Source: Schmidtea polychroa (taxonomy: Eukaryota). From it: a stretch of 64,000 nt of DNA. The notes beneath the pieces are model-generated. The model worked only from the letters and a program-made list of their open reading frames with translations, was not told the origin of the DNA and searched no databases. The translations under genes and the position numbers were made by a program. Below are positions 1 through 13,585 of the stretch, in pieces. Location: assembly GCA_044892525.1 (NCBI GenBank), contig CM097885.1:52206001-52270000 (forward strand), written 5' to 3'. Every line of letters begins with the position of its first letter. The stretch's first letter is position 1.

Positions 1-189
1 ATGAAAATTTTTATGAAATAATTTTTAAGTAATTTTTAATAGAAATTTTAATGAAATATTTTTCAATGGTAATTTTAGATGGATATTTTTATGAAATATT
101 TTTCAATGATAATTTTAGATGGAAATTTTTAAGATAATTTTTAATGAAAATTTTTATGAAATATTTTTCAAAGACAAATTTTAATAATA

Positions 190-1260
190 ATTCAACAACA
201 AACCAACAACTTAGTACCAACAACCAGTAACTTATGAACATGTATTAACAACCAGATACCTACAACTAGTTACTAACAATCAGTTACCTGAGACCAGATA
301 CCTACAACTAGATACCTACAACTAGTTACCTGATACCAACTACTAACAACCACCTACCCATTAACTAGCTACAACCAGCTAACAACTAGATACCACGTAC
401 TAAATAACTCTCAAACAACCAAGTACTTACAACTAATTACCAGATACCAAGTACTATCAACCAGCTTACAACCTGATACCAACAACTAACAACCAACTAC
501 CAAGTACTTACAACTAGATACTAACAACCAGTTACCTGATACCAAGTACCTACAACTAGATACCACGTACTAAATAACTCTCAAACAACCAAGTACCTAC
601 AACTAATTACCAGATACCAAGTACTATCAACCAGCTAACAACCTGATACCAACTACTCACAACCAGATAACAACTAACAACCAGATACCAAGTACTTACA
701 ACTAGTTACTAACAACTAGCTACCAACTACTAAGTACTAACAACCAACATCAACCAGGTACTAAGCATTATCAACCAAGTACTAACAACTAGATACCTAG
801 TTACTAACAACCCGCTAACCACTAACAACTAGATACCAAGTACCAGTAAATTACGAACATGTATTAACAACCAGATACCTACAACTAGTTACTAACAACT
901 AGTTACCTGATAGCAACCAACTAGCTACCAACTACTAAGTACCTACAACCAACATCAACCAGGTACTAAGCATTAATTACCAACTACTAAGTACCTACAA
1001 CCAACTAACAACCACCTACCAAGTACTAAGCATTATCAACCAACTACTAAGTACCTACAACCAACTAGCTACCACCTACAACTAGATACTAACAACCAGT
1101 TACCAACTACTAAGCAATAATTACCTACAACTAGTTACTAACAACTAGCTACCAAGTACATACAACCAGACACTAAGCATTATCAACCAAGTACTAACAA
1201 CCAAGTACAAGATACCTACTACTGTCAACTAGATACCAAACACTTACAACCAGATGACCA
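190..1260. repeat. Strand-asymmetric A/C-rich minisatellite (ACAACTAGATACC / ACCAAGTACT variants); mirror copy at ~11500-12530
   Basis: Many degenerate ~10-17-bp units with very few G on the plus strand; inverted copy in the right arm. Confidence 0.9.
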
Positions 1261-1623
1261 CATGAAATTATTGGTTAAATATGAAAATAAGGGTTATAAT
1301 TAGTTGTTTAGTAAATTATGGTGTAAAATTAAGTAATAAAGCATAAATAGGTAAATTAAGGATAAGTAAATTAAAGTTAAAAAATTAAATTAAAGTTAAT
1401 TAAGGTCCAAATTTTAAAAATAAGTAATCAATGTTCTAAAAAATTAAATTAAAGTTAAATAAGTAAATTAAAGTAATAATTTTTAAAGAATTTAATTAAA
1501 GTAATAATTTTTAAATAAGTAATGTAATAAGTAAATTAAAGTAAGATTTTTAATTTTATTATCAAAAGATTGAATAACCACCAACTTTTTTGAGAAATGT
1601 AATTTATAATGAAAATTTAAATG

Positions 1624-1683
<60 letters not shown>

Positions 1684-2122
1684 TAATAATAATTCAACAG
1701 TTACCAACAATCGGTTACTGATTATTTTTTAACTAGGTGCTAACAAATACTTACAACTAGATACCACGTACTAACTAACTCTCAAACAACCAGATACTTA
1801 CAACTAACTACTAAATATTCTTCACTGTATTTTATGAAATGCTTTTTAAATTAATATTTTTTATACAGCTTCTATAATAATTTTAATTACAATCAGTAGA
1901 AAAACCTTTTCAAAATGTCTAAATTTAACAAAAATGTTGATTTTCATCAAAAAACCACAACTCAACCACTTTAAAACACCACGTGGAATTCAAAATAATT
2001 ACAATGAAAGACTAATGAATTCTAATTTACAAAACATTCTTCTTTTAAATGATAACTACTGACTTATTATTGCAAAGTAAAAATCACATTCAATAAATAC
2101 TTATTATTGATCAGTTTTATTA

Positions 2123-5100
2123 TATATACTCTGAGTTTATCCGACAGGATGTTTTGACCCCCTAAGGGTACAGGTCGTAAGGGTATTAGTCGTAAGGGTA
2201 CTGGTCGTAAAGGTACTAGTCGTAGGGGTATTGGTAACACTTAACCACAACCTACCCATTAACTAGCTACTAAGTACTAACCACTAGGTTTCAAACAACA
2301 ACTACTAACAACCACCATCAAAACCCATCGAGAAATTAACAAATATCAACCTACAACTATATAACAATCAGTAAACAACACTGTACCAACTACCAAATAC
2401 AAGATACCAACAACTTAGTACCAACAATCAACTAACAACACATAAAAATAATAGCAATTAAATACAAAATATTCTTCATCGCATACACTATTTTCTTATC
2501 AAAATCTAAAAAGTCAATCAGATACCAACTACCAAGTACCAAGTACTAACAACCAACTACCTAGAACCAACAACTATGTACTAACAAATTGATCTTTAAA
2601 AGCAAATACTCTTCACTTGAAAAATTGGATGAAAAATTATTTGAACTCAAGGCATCAATAACTTGGTAAAAATTGATTAAATAATTGTAAAAATTTAAAT
2701 TATTCAAAATAAATATCATAAAAATTTAATTAATGGACAAGAAAAAATTCTAATCATCCAATAAATAAAAAAAAATGCTGATCATTCAAGTTGAATCAAC
2801 TAAGATAATAAATTAATAAGATAAGATCTAGTAGATAATTGATTAAGATTGAATAAATTAATTTAAATAAAATTAAATTTAATTATTTTTGTAAAAGTAA
2901 TACATGTACTCAAATTGATTGACTGATTTCTCAATATATTCAAAAAAATCAGTATAAATTCATTACAATTATCAAAGTCAGCAATCTACAATAAAAATAA
3001 TTATCATAAAATTCCAAAAGAGACTAGATAACTAATGATAACATCTAATAAACCAGTAAATTTATTTAAATGACAATAATTGGTATATCCTAGTGAATTC
3101 TCCAATTTCTCATTTCCTCCCAAATATATCAATATGTAAAGATTAGTATTGTAATGATAAATACTTGTTAAAGATCATATATTCACCTCAAACTAACAAG
3201 ATTCCTTAAAATCCCCTTAAATGACTATATTTCTACCCTTAATTCATATTATTACAAATATTTCACTAAAATCATCTAAAAAGCATCAAATTTCCCTGAA
3301 ATAACTCTATCTTTTAAGATTGATATTTTAATGATAAGTACTTGTTAAAGATCATATATTCCCCTCAGACTAATAAGATTGCTCAAACTCCCCTTTAAAT
3401 GACTATAATTCTAACTTTAATTCCTATTATCATACATGTTTCACTATTGATAAAACCGGTTATAATTAACTTTTTGTTAATCACTGTACTCGAAATTTAA
3501 AATAAATATAACTGACTAGGTCCCATTAAAAGATTAAATTTATCCATTCAATAAAATATATTTCTTCAAATGGTCAACTTTTGTCGTTGTCCACCTAAAT
3601 AAAGATAAAAATAATTTAAAGTTGATATCAATCCCATTTATCTGTAAAGTTTTCATCGTCAAAACCAAGTAAATCGACATTGTTCTAAAACATAAATCTA
3701 AATTAATATACAATGAATTAATCACAATCTAATAAAACGATATAATTATTATTGATACATAACTGACTAATGTATTGACATTTCCTTAAAAAACATTGAT
3801 ATTTTACCAACATCACCATTAAAAAAATCATATATTCCCATCTTAACCCATGTCTCATTAAATTTAACCGACTATATTCCCATCTTAACCCATTCCTCAT
3901 TAAAGTCAATCGACTATATTCCCATCTTAACCCATTCCTCATTAAAGTCAATCGACTATATTTCCCTTAAAATGATATATTCCCATCTTAACCCATCCCT
4001 CATTAAATTTAACCAACAATATCCCCTTAAAAGATCATATTTTCCCCATCTTAACCGATCACTCATTAAATCTCACCGACAATATCCCATCTTATCCGAT
4101 CTCTCAGCAAATATTTCTACCCTTTTAAACATCTATCCGATTATATCCCTTATTTTCGCTAAAGATTTCACCCACTTGAGCCCTTTAATATATATCAATC
4201 CTCTTAAAATCCTCAGAGAACTTCAAAAATATGACTTTTAATTAATTGTTATAGAACCAGACAAATAATAAGAGCCCACTAAAAGATCAAAATTCACTAA
4301 ATTTTCTACAAATATATACCATCAAATACTGGAGGTGATATATATTGATTGATCATAATTCTTCATCGATTCAGCCAATCATTTTCAAGCGCTATCAGCA
4401 AACTAAATTTCAGTATATTCTACAATCATTTTCAAGTAAATTTAAATTCCTTGTTAAAGTTAACTAGTTTCTTAGCTCATGTTTTTTAAAGTTCATCAAT
4501 GAGTAAATATTCTTAGAAAATTATTGAAAAAATTATTTAGTGAAATATATTACAAACTTATCATTAAAAATTTATTCTATCACTTTTAATCAGTCAACAT
4601 GAAATTCTTAGAAAATTGTTCAATATCCTCATAAAAATTTATCCTACCACTTGATTATTGTACAAACTCTAATTATTAACCTAATTAAAAATTAAAAATA
4701 CATCCAATTATCAAGAAATTAATTAAATTTATCTTAGAACTAACTTTGAATTATTAAATATTCATTCAATAATCATGAAATCCACAAAAATAATAGAAAT
4801 TTACAAAAATCAAAGAAATTCACAAAAATGATAAAAATTCATGAAAATGATAGAAATTCACAAAAACGATAAAAATTCATAAAAATTATAGCAATTCGCA
4901 AAAATAATAGGAAATTCACAAAAATGATAGATATCCACAAAAATTACAGATAATCAAAAAAATTACGGAAAATAATAGAAATCCGCAAAAATAATAGAAA
5001 TTCACAAAAAAACGATAAAAATTCACAATAAAAAAACGATAAATATTCACAAAAAAGATAGAAATTTACTTGAATAAAACCATCAACTCTAAAAATTATG

Positions 5101-5252
5101 AATACCTTAAACAACAAATTTGCCTAAATAATCATTCAAATAAAAGCATTAAATGATCAGTACCCTTACGACATGTTGAATGTGAGTAGTACCCTTGTGA
5201 GCAATACCCATAGGGGGACAGAATATTTTGTCGGATAAACTCAGAGTATATA
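2123..5252. mobile_element. Nested ~3.1-kb TIR-bounded non-autonomous unit (TATATACTCTGAGTTTATCCGACA ends), left arm
   Basis: The motif lies at ~2123 (+) and inverted at ~5229-5252. Each is followed inward by GTCGTAAGGGTA-type subterminal repeats, in TA-rich flanks. Confidence 0.55.
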
Positions 5253-5969
5253 TTAATTAACTCATTCTTCATTGAATTAGTCAAATTATCATAAATTTCG
5301 ATAAAAATTCTAATATGGTAAGCAATGTAAAGAGAAATATTCTTTAAACTTTGATAAAATTAACAATGAAGGTGGTAAGAATCTTCATTAAAGTGAGGAA
5401 ATTACTCGATGATAAATTCAAATGGGTGAAAATAATTGGTAGAATAATTCATTAATGGAGGTAAATAATGAGAAGTGGCATGGATAACATGAAGGTTGAT
5501 AAGAATGGAAGTATATTAATTGAATTTATTTAAAATTATTTCATAAAATTCATAAATTTAATAAAAAAAAACAAATATTTGTGGGGATGTTTTAAGTGAA
5601 TAATTAATCAAAATCGGCGGAATATAATTGATTAAATATCAGGTTAATGGAAATTCGAGGGGATATAAGTGAATAATTAATGGAGAATCGGGGGGAATAT
5701 AGGAGATTAAATAGTGGGATAATGGAAAATCGGTGGAAAATATAGGGATTAAATAGTGGAGAATATAAGTGAGGAGGATATATAATTTAAACTATTTTAT
5801 TACATAACAAGCCGCGACTAGTTTATTACATAACAAGCCGTGACTAGTTTATTACATAACAAGCTGTGAATGGTATTTTACCAACATTTTACTAAATTTT
5901 TAAAGTATGTAATTTAATTTTAATTATATTTTAAAATTGTATATATTTTGAATATCATTCTATTGTTTA

Positions 5970-6780
5970 ATTTCAATAATAAGTTTAAAAAATCTATAAT
6001 AATTAATAAATTAATATCTTGTTAACATTTATTTGAGAATTTAAAAAACTTTACTTAAAATTAGTGAAGTATTAAATTTTAATTGTATTTTATAAGACAT
6101 ATATTTGAGTATTAACTTATTTTGATTGAAGTATCACATTTAATATTGTGATGATTGTTTTCTAAATCGAAATATTTAGTGTAAAATAGTAAATTTAATA
6201 ATCAATAGAATACAATATTAAAGGACTTTTTAAAAAGAAAAATTACTTTCTATTACCTAATTCCATCATTAAGTTTAAAAAGTCTATAACTGTTAATAAT
6301 TCAATTTCTTATTCACATTTTCTAATAAAACTTATATTTTTAAATTTAGTGTAAAGAATTTAATTTTAATTGTATTTTATAAGTCATTTATTTGAATATT
6401 TATCTTATTTTTATTGAAAGGAGTAATATAATTCATATTATGATATTCGTTTCGAAATATTTAGTGTAGAATCGTAAATTTAATAGTATATAGCTATTAT
6501 TGCAAGTACTTATACAACAAAAACTTTTTTATTTCTAATGTTTTATTCCATAAATAAGTTTTAAAGTATATAACTGGTAATAAATTAATTTCTTATTTAA
6601 ATTTATTTAAAAAAGCTTTACTTATAAAATTTATATTTTCGAAGACTTATATTTGAATATTAACTTATATTGATTGAAAAGGGTAATTGATTTAGAAATT
6701 ATTTAGTGTAAATAAAAACATTTAAATTATTAAGGTATTAAAGTACCTATTCAAAAATTAAAAAAAAAAAAGACCTAATC
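5970..6780. repeat. Three diverged ~285-bp direct repeats forming the non-palindromic spacer
   Basis: AAGTTTAAAAA.TCTATAA...TTAAT.TCTT.TT recurs at ~5981, ~6271 and ~6556; TATTTGA.TATT.A.CTTAT.T.GATTGAA recurs at ~6102, ~6389 and ~6649. Confidence 0.75.
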
Positions 6781-7402
6781 AATAATTTTCAATAAAATAC
6801 TATTCACAGCTTGTTATGTAATAAACTAGTCACGGCTTGTTATGTAATAAACTAGTCGTGGCTTGTTATGTAATAAAATAGTTTAAATTACATATCCTTC
6901 TCACTTATATTCCACCGATTCTCATTATCCCACTATTTAATCTCCTATATTCCCCCGATTCTCCATTAATTATTCACTTATATCCCCTTTATTTTCCACT
7001 AATTATTCACTTATAACCCCCACCCCCCGATATTTAATCAATTATATTCCGCCGATTTTTATTAATTATTCACTTAAAACATCCCCACAAATATTTGTTT
7101 TTTTTTATTAAATTTATGAATTTTATGAAATAATTTTAAATAAATTCAATTAATATACTTCCATTCTTATCCACCTTCTTCTTATCTATGCCACTTTCCA
7201 TTAATGGATTATTCTACCAATTATTTTCACCCATTTGAATTTATCATCGAGTAATTTCCTCACTTCAATGAAGATTCTTACCACCTTCATTGCTAATTTT
7301 ATCAAAATTTAAAGAATATTTCTCTTTACATTGCTTACCACTTTAGATTTTTTATCGAAATTTGCGATAATTTGACTAATTCAATGATAAATGAGTTAAT
7401 TA

Positions 7403-10400
7403 ATATATACTCTGAGTTTATCCGACAAAATATTCTGTCCCCCCATGGGTATTGCTCACAAGGGTACTACTCACATTCAACATGTCGCAAGGGTATTAGT
7501 CGTAAAGGTATTTAATGTTTTTATTTGAATTTAGACAAATTTGTTGTTTAAGGTATTGATAATTTTTTAGAGTTGATGGTTTTATTCAAGTAAATTTCTA
7601 TCATTTTTATGAATTTCTATCATTTTTTGTAATTTTCTATTATTTTCATGAATTTCCGTACTTTTTTGTGAATATGCGTAATTTTTGTAGATATCTATCA
7701 TTTTCATGGATTTCTAACATTTTTGCAAATTTCATGTTTATTGAATGAATATTTAATAATTTAATGCTAATTCTAAGATAAATTTAATTAATTTCTTGAT
7801 AATTGGATGTATTTTTATTGACTTGTTTTTTTTTTTTAATTTTAAATAAAAATTATTTTCAATGAGGTTAATAATTAGAGATTTTACAATAATGAAGTGG
7901 TAGGATAAATTTTTATGAGGATATTGAATAATTTTCTAAGAATTTCATGTTGACTGATTAAAAGTTTTAATGGTGATAAATTTAATTGATAAATTTAGTT
8001 AATTTCTTGATAATTAGTTGTATTTTATTGAATAGTTTTTAAATAAAAATTAATTTCATTGACAATTAGGTTAATAATTAAGTGATAGAATAAATTTTTG
8101 ATGATAACTTTGTAATATATTTGACTAGATAATTTTTTTCAATAATTTTCTAAGAATATTTATCAATGACTTTAAATTTACTTGATAATTATTGTAGGAT
8201 ATACAGAAATTTAGTTTGCTGTTATTGCTTGAAAATGATTGGTTGAATCGATGAAGAATTATGATCAATCAATATATATCATCTCCAGTATTTGATGGTA
8301 AATATTTGTAGAAAATTTTAGTAAATTTTGATCTTTTAGTGGGCTCTTATTATTTAGCTTCTAAATTATTTCAATGGAAGAATGCCTGGTGTCTTTAACA
8401 GTTTATGAAAATTCATACTTTTTGAAGTTCTCTAAGGATATTAAGAGGATTGATATATATTAAAGGGTTCAAGTGGGTGGAATCTTTAGGGAAATTAAGG
8501 GATATAATCGGATAGATGTTTAAAAGGGTAGAAATATTTGCTGAGAGATCGGATAAGATGGGATATTATCGATTAGATTTAATGAGAGATGGGAATATAT
8601 GATTTTTAAAGGGATATAGTCGGTTAGATTTAATGAGAGATCGGTTAAGATGGGATATTGTTGGTTAGATTTAATGAGAGATCGGTTAAGATGGGGAAAA
8701 TATGATCTTTTAAGGGGATATAGTCGGTTAGATTTAATGTGAGATGGGTTAAGATGGGAATATATTATTGTAAGGGAGATATAGTCGGTTGCTTTTAATG
8801 AGGGAAGGGTTTCGATGGGAATATATGATTTTTTAAGGGTGATGTTGGTAAAATATCAATGTTTTTTAAGGAAATTGCAATACATTAGTCAGTTATGAAT
8901 CAATAATAATTATATCGTTTTATTAGGTTGTGATTAATGCACAGTAAATTAATTTAGAACAATGTTTTATTAAGTAGGGATAATGATCGATTAACTTGGT
9001 TTTGACAATGAAATCTTTACAGATAATTGGGATTGATATCAACTTTAATTTATTTTTATCTTTATTTAGGCGGAGAATGACAAAAGTTTAGAAATATGGA
9101 CTTAAAACATCGACTAAATAAAATTGATCTTTATTGGAAGAAATCTTGATTTTAATTAGTAATTAAATCGGTTGAATATTGGCAAAAATGATCATTTGAA
9201 GAAATATATTTTATTGAATGGATAAATTTAATCTTTTAATGGGACCTAGTCAGTTATATTTATTTTAAATTTCGAGTACAGTGATTAACAAAAAGTTAAT
9301 TATAACCGGTTTTATCAATAGTGAAACATGTATGATAATAGGAATTAAAGTTAGAATTATAGTCATTTAAAGGGGAGTTTGAGCAATCTTATTAGTCTGA
9401 GGGGAATATATGATCTTTAACAAGTACTTATCATTAAAATATCAATCTTAAAAGATAGAGTTATTTCAGGGAAATTTGATGCTTTTTAGATGATTTTAGT
9501 GAAATATTTGTAATAATATGAATTAAGGGTAGAAATATAGTCATTTAAGGGGATTTTAAGGAATCTTGTTAGTTTGAGGTGAATATATGATCTTTAACAA
9601 GTATTTATCATTACAATACTAATCTTTACATATTGATATATTTGGGAGGAAATGAGAAATTGGAGAATTCACTAGGATATACCAATTATTGTCATTTAAA
9701 TAAATTTACTGGTTTATTAGATGTTATCATTAGTTATCTAGTCTCTTTTGGAATTTTATGATAATTATTTTTATTGTAGATTGCTGACTTTGATAATTGT
9801 AATGAATTTATACTGATTTTTTTGAATATATTGAGAAATCAGTCAATCAATTTGAGTACATGTATTACTTTTACAAAAATAATTAAATTTAATTTTATTT
9901 AAATTAATTTATTCAATCTTAATCAATTATCTACTAGATCTTATCTTATTAATTTATTATCTTAGTTGATTCAACTTGAATGATCAGCATTTTTTTTTAT
10001 TTATTGGATGATTAGAATTTTTTCTTGTCCATTAATTAAATTTTTATGATATTTATTTTGAATAATTTAAATTTTTACAATTATTTAATCAATTTTTACC
10101 AAGTTATTGATGCCTTGAGTTCAAATAATTTTTCATCCAATTTTTCAAGTGAAGAGTATTTGCTTTTAAAGATCAATTTGTTAGTACATAGTTGTTGGTT
10201 CTAGGTAGTTGGTTGTTAGTACTTGGTACTTGGTAGTTGGTATCTGATTGACTTCTTAGATTTTGATAAGAAAATAGTGTATGCGATGAAGAATATTTTG
10301 TATTTAATTGCTATTATTTTTATGTGTTGTTAGTTGATTGTTGGTACTAAGTTGTTGGTATCTTGTATTTGGTAGTTGGTACAGTGTTGTTTACTGATTG

Positions 10401-10643
10401 TTATATAGTTGTAGGTTGATATTTGTTAATTTCTCGATGGGTTTTGATGGTGGTTGTTAGTAGTTGTTGTTTGAAACCTAGTGGTTAGTACTTAGTAGCT
10501 AGTTAATGGGTAGGTTGTGGTTAAGTGTTACCAATACCCCTACGACTAGTACCTTTACGACCAGTACCCTTACGACTAATACCCTTACGACCTGTACCCT
10601 TAGGGGGTCAAAACATCCTGTTGGATAAACTCAGAGTATATAT
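7403..10643. mobile_element. Mirror copy of the nested TIR-bounded unit, right arm
   Basis: ATATATACTCTGAGTTTATCCGACA at ~7403 and GGATAAACTCAGAGTATATA at ~10623-10643. Confidence 0.55.
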
Positions 10644-11074
10644 AATAAAACTGATCAATAATAAGTATTTATTGAATGTGATTTTTACTTTGCAATAATA
10701 AGTTATCATTTAAAAGAAGAATGTTTTGTAAATTAGAATTCATTAGTCTTTCATTGTAATTATTTTGAATTCCACGTGGTGTTTTAAAGTGGTTGAGTTG
10801 TGGTTTTTTGATGAAAATCAACATTTTTGTTAAATTTAGACATTTTGAAAAGGTTTTTCTACTGATTGTAATTAAAATTATTATAGAAGCTGTATAAAAA
10901 ATATTAATTTAAAAAGCATTTCATAAAATACAGTGAAGAATATTTAGTAGTTAGTTGTAAGTATCTGGTTGTTTGAGAGTTAGTTAGTACGTGGTATCTA
11001 GTTGTAAGTATTTGTTAGCACCTAGTTAAAAAATAATCAGTAACCGATTGTTGGTAACTGTTGAATTATTATTA

Positions 11075-11137
<63 letters not shown>

Positions 11138-12959
11138 CATTTAAATTTTCATTATAAATTACATTTCTCAAAAAAGTTGGTGGTTATTCAATCTTTCGAT
11201 AATAAAATTAAAAATCTTACTTTAATTTACTTATTACATTACTTATTTAAAAATTATTACTTTAATTAAATTCTTTAAAAATTATTACTTTAATTTACTT
11301 ATTTAACTTTAATTTAATTTTTTAGAACATTGATTACTTATTTTTAAAATTTGGACCTTAATTAACTTTAATTTAATTTTTTAACTTTAATTTACTTATC
11401 CTTAATTTACCTATTTATGCTTTATTACTTAATTTTACACCATAATTTACTAAACAACTAATTATAACCCTTATTTTCATATTTAACCAATAATTTCATG
11501 TGGTCATCTGGTTGTAAGTGTTTGGTATCTAGTTGACAGTAGTAGGTATCTTGTACTTGGTTGTTAGTACTTGGTTGATAATGCTTAGTGTCTGGTTGTA
11601 TGTACTTGGTAGCTAGTTGTTAGTAACTAGTTGTAGGTAATTAATGCTTAGTAGTTGGTAACTGGTTGTTAGTATCTAGTTGTAGGTGGTAGCTAGTTGG
11701 TTGTAGGTACTTAGTAGTTGGTTGATAATGCTTAGTACTTGGTAGGTGGTTGTTAGTTGGTTGTAGGTACTTAGTAGTTGGTAATTAATGCTTAGTACCT
11801 GGTTGATGTTGGTTGTAGGTACTTAGTAGTTGGTAGCTAGTTGGTTGCTATCAGGTAACTAGTTGTTAGTAACTAGTTGTAGGTATCTGGTTGTTAATAC
11901 ATGTTCGTAATTTACTGGTACTTGGTATCTAGTTGTTAGTGGTTAGCGGGTTGTTAGTAACTAGGTATCTAGTTGTTAGTACTTGGTTGATGTTGGTTGT
12001 TAGTACTTAGTAGTTGGTAGCTAGTTGTTAGTAACTAGTTGTAAGTACTTGGTATCTGGTTGTTAGTTGTTATCTGGTTGTGAGTAGTTGGTATCAGGTT
12101 GTTAGCTGGTTGATAGTACTTGGTATCTGGTAATTAGTTGTAGGTACTTGGTTGTTTGAGAGTTATTTAGTACGTGGTATCTAGTTGTAGGTACTTGGTA
12201 TCAGGTAACTGGTTGTTAGTATCTAGTTGTAAGTACTTGGTAGTTGGTTGTTAGTTGTTGGTATCAGGTTGTAAGCTGGTTGATAGTACTTGGTATCTGG
12301 TAATTAGTTGTAAGTACTTGGTTGTTTGAGAGTTATTTAGTACGTGGTATCTAGTTGTTAGCTGGTTGTAGCTAGTTAATGGGTAGGTGGTTGTTAGTAG
12401 TTGGTATCAGGTAACTAGTTGTAGGTATCTGGTATCAGGTAACTGGTTGTTAGTAACTAGTTGTAGGTATCTGGTTGTTAATACATGTTCATAAGTTACT
12501 GGTTGTTGGTACTAAGTTGTTGGTTTGTTGTTGAATTATTATTAAAATTTGTCTTTGAAAAATATTTCATAAAAATTTTCATTAAAAATTATCTTAAAAA
12601 TTTCCATCTAAAATTATCATTGAAAAATATTTCATAAAAATTTCCATCTAAAATTATCATTGAAAAATATTTCATAAAAATTTCCATTAAAAATTACTTA
12701 AAAAATTATTCCATAAAAATTTCCATTACAAATTACCATTGAAAAATATTTCATTAAAATTTCTATTAAAAATTACTAAAAAATTATTTCATAAAAATTT
12801 TCATTAAAAAATTTCAATTCTCAAACACCTTCTATTATTTTGTAATTAAATTTTAAAATCTTACTTTAATTTACTTATTACATTACTTTAATTTACTTAT
12901 TTAAAAAATTATTACTTTAATTTACTTATTTAACTTTAATTTTTATTTTTTACTTTGAT

Positions 12960-13585
12960 TACTTAATTTTAAAATTTGGACCATTATTTACTGTAATTTA
13001 ATTTTTAAGAACCATAATTTACTTTAATTTAATTTTTTAGAACCATAATTTACTTTAATTTAATTTTTTAGAACCATTATTTACTGTAATTTAATTTTTA
13101 GAACCTTAATTTACTTTAATTTAATTTTTTAGAACCATAATTACCTTATTTGAAAAATTTGAACCATAATTTACTTTAATTGAAAAATTTGGACCATAAT
13201 TTACTGTAATTTAATTTTTTAGAACCATTATTTACTTTAATTGAAAAATTTGGACCATAATTTACTTTAATTTAAAAATTTAGACCATAATTTACTGTAA
13301 TTTAATTTTTTAGGACCATTATTTACTGTAATTGAAAAATTTGAGCCATAATTTACTTTAATTTAATTTTTTAGGACCATAATTAACTGTAATAGAAAAA
13401 TTTGGACCATAATTTACTGTAATTTAATTTTTTAGAACCATTATTTACTGTAATTTAATTTTTAGGACCTTAATTTACTTTAATTTAATTTTTAGGACCA
13501 TAATTTACTTTAATTTAATTTTTAGAACCATAATTTACTTTAATTTTAAAATTTGGACCATTATTTACTTTAATTGAAAAATTTA
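12960..13585. repeat. ~31-bp tandem array (ACCATAATTTACTTTAATTTAATTTTTTAGA)
   Basis: About 20 imperfect consecutive copies are visible. Confidence 0.9.

Larger units (their letters stand above)
1..12804. repeat. Long inverted repeat: ~5.9-kb arms around a ~0.9-kb spacer (5881-6792)
   Basis: Direct reverse-complement matches: 1-70 with ~12735-12804, the (AAT)n block 1625-1693 with 11063-11134, 3481-3570 with 9190-9284, and 5790-5880 with 6793-6890. Confidence 0.97.

Noticed and set aside
1492..1710. Poly-Leu/Asn/Ile and (IY)n ORFs here and at 11048, 21519-21743, 28334-28632, 31119-31454, 36238 and 61162
   Set aside because: They are translations of (AAT)n or (TA)n microsatellites.
3718..4241. 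Repetitive ORFs (LMRNGLRWEYSR)
   Set aside because: They result from a ~42-bp tandem repeat and are not preserved in the mirror arm.
1..12804. Palindrome as a fold-back read or assembly artefact
   Set aside because: The arms differ by SNPs, microsatellite length and indels up to ~100 bp, and enclose a unique spacer. Long-read confirmation is still advisable.
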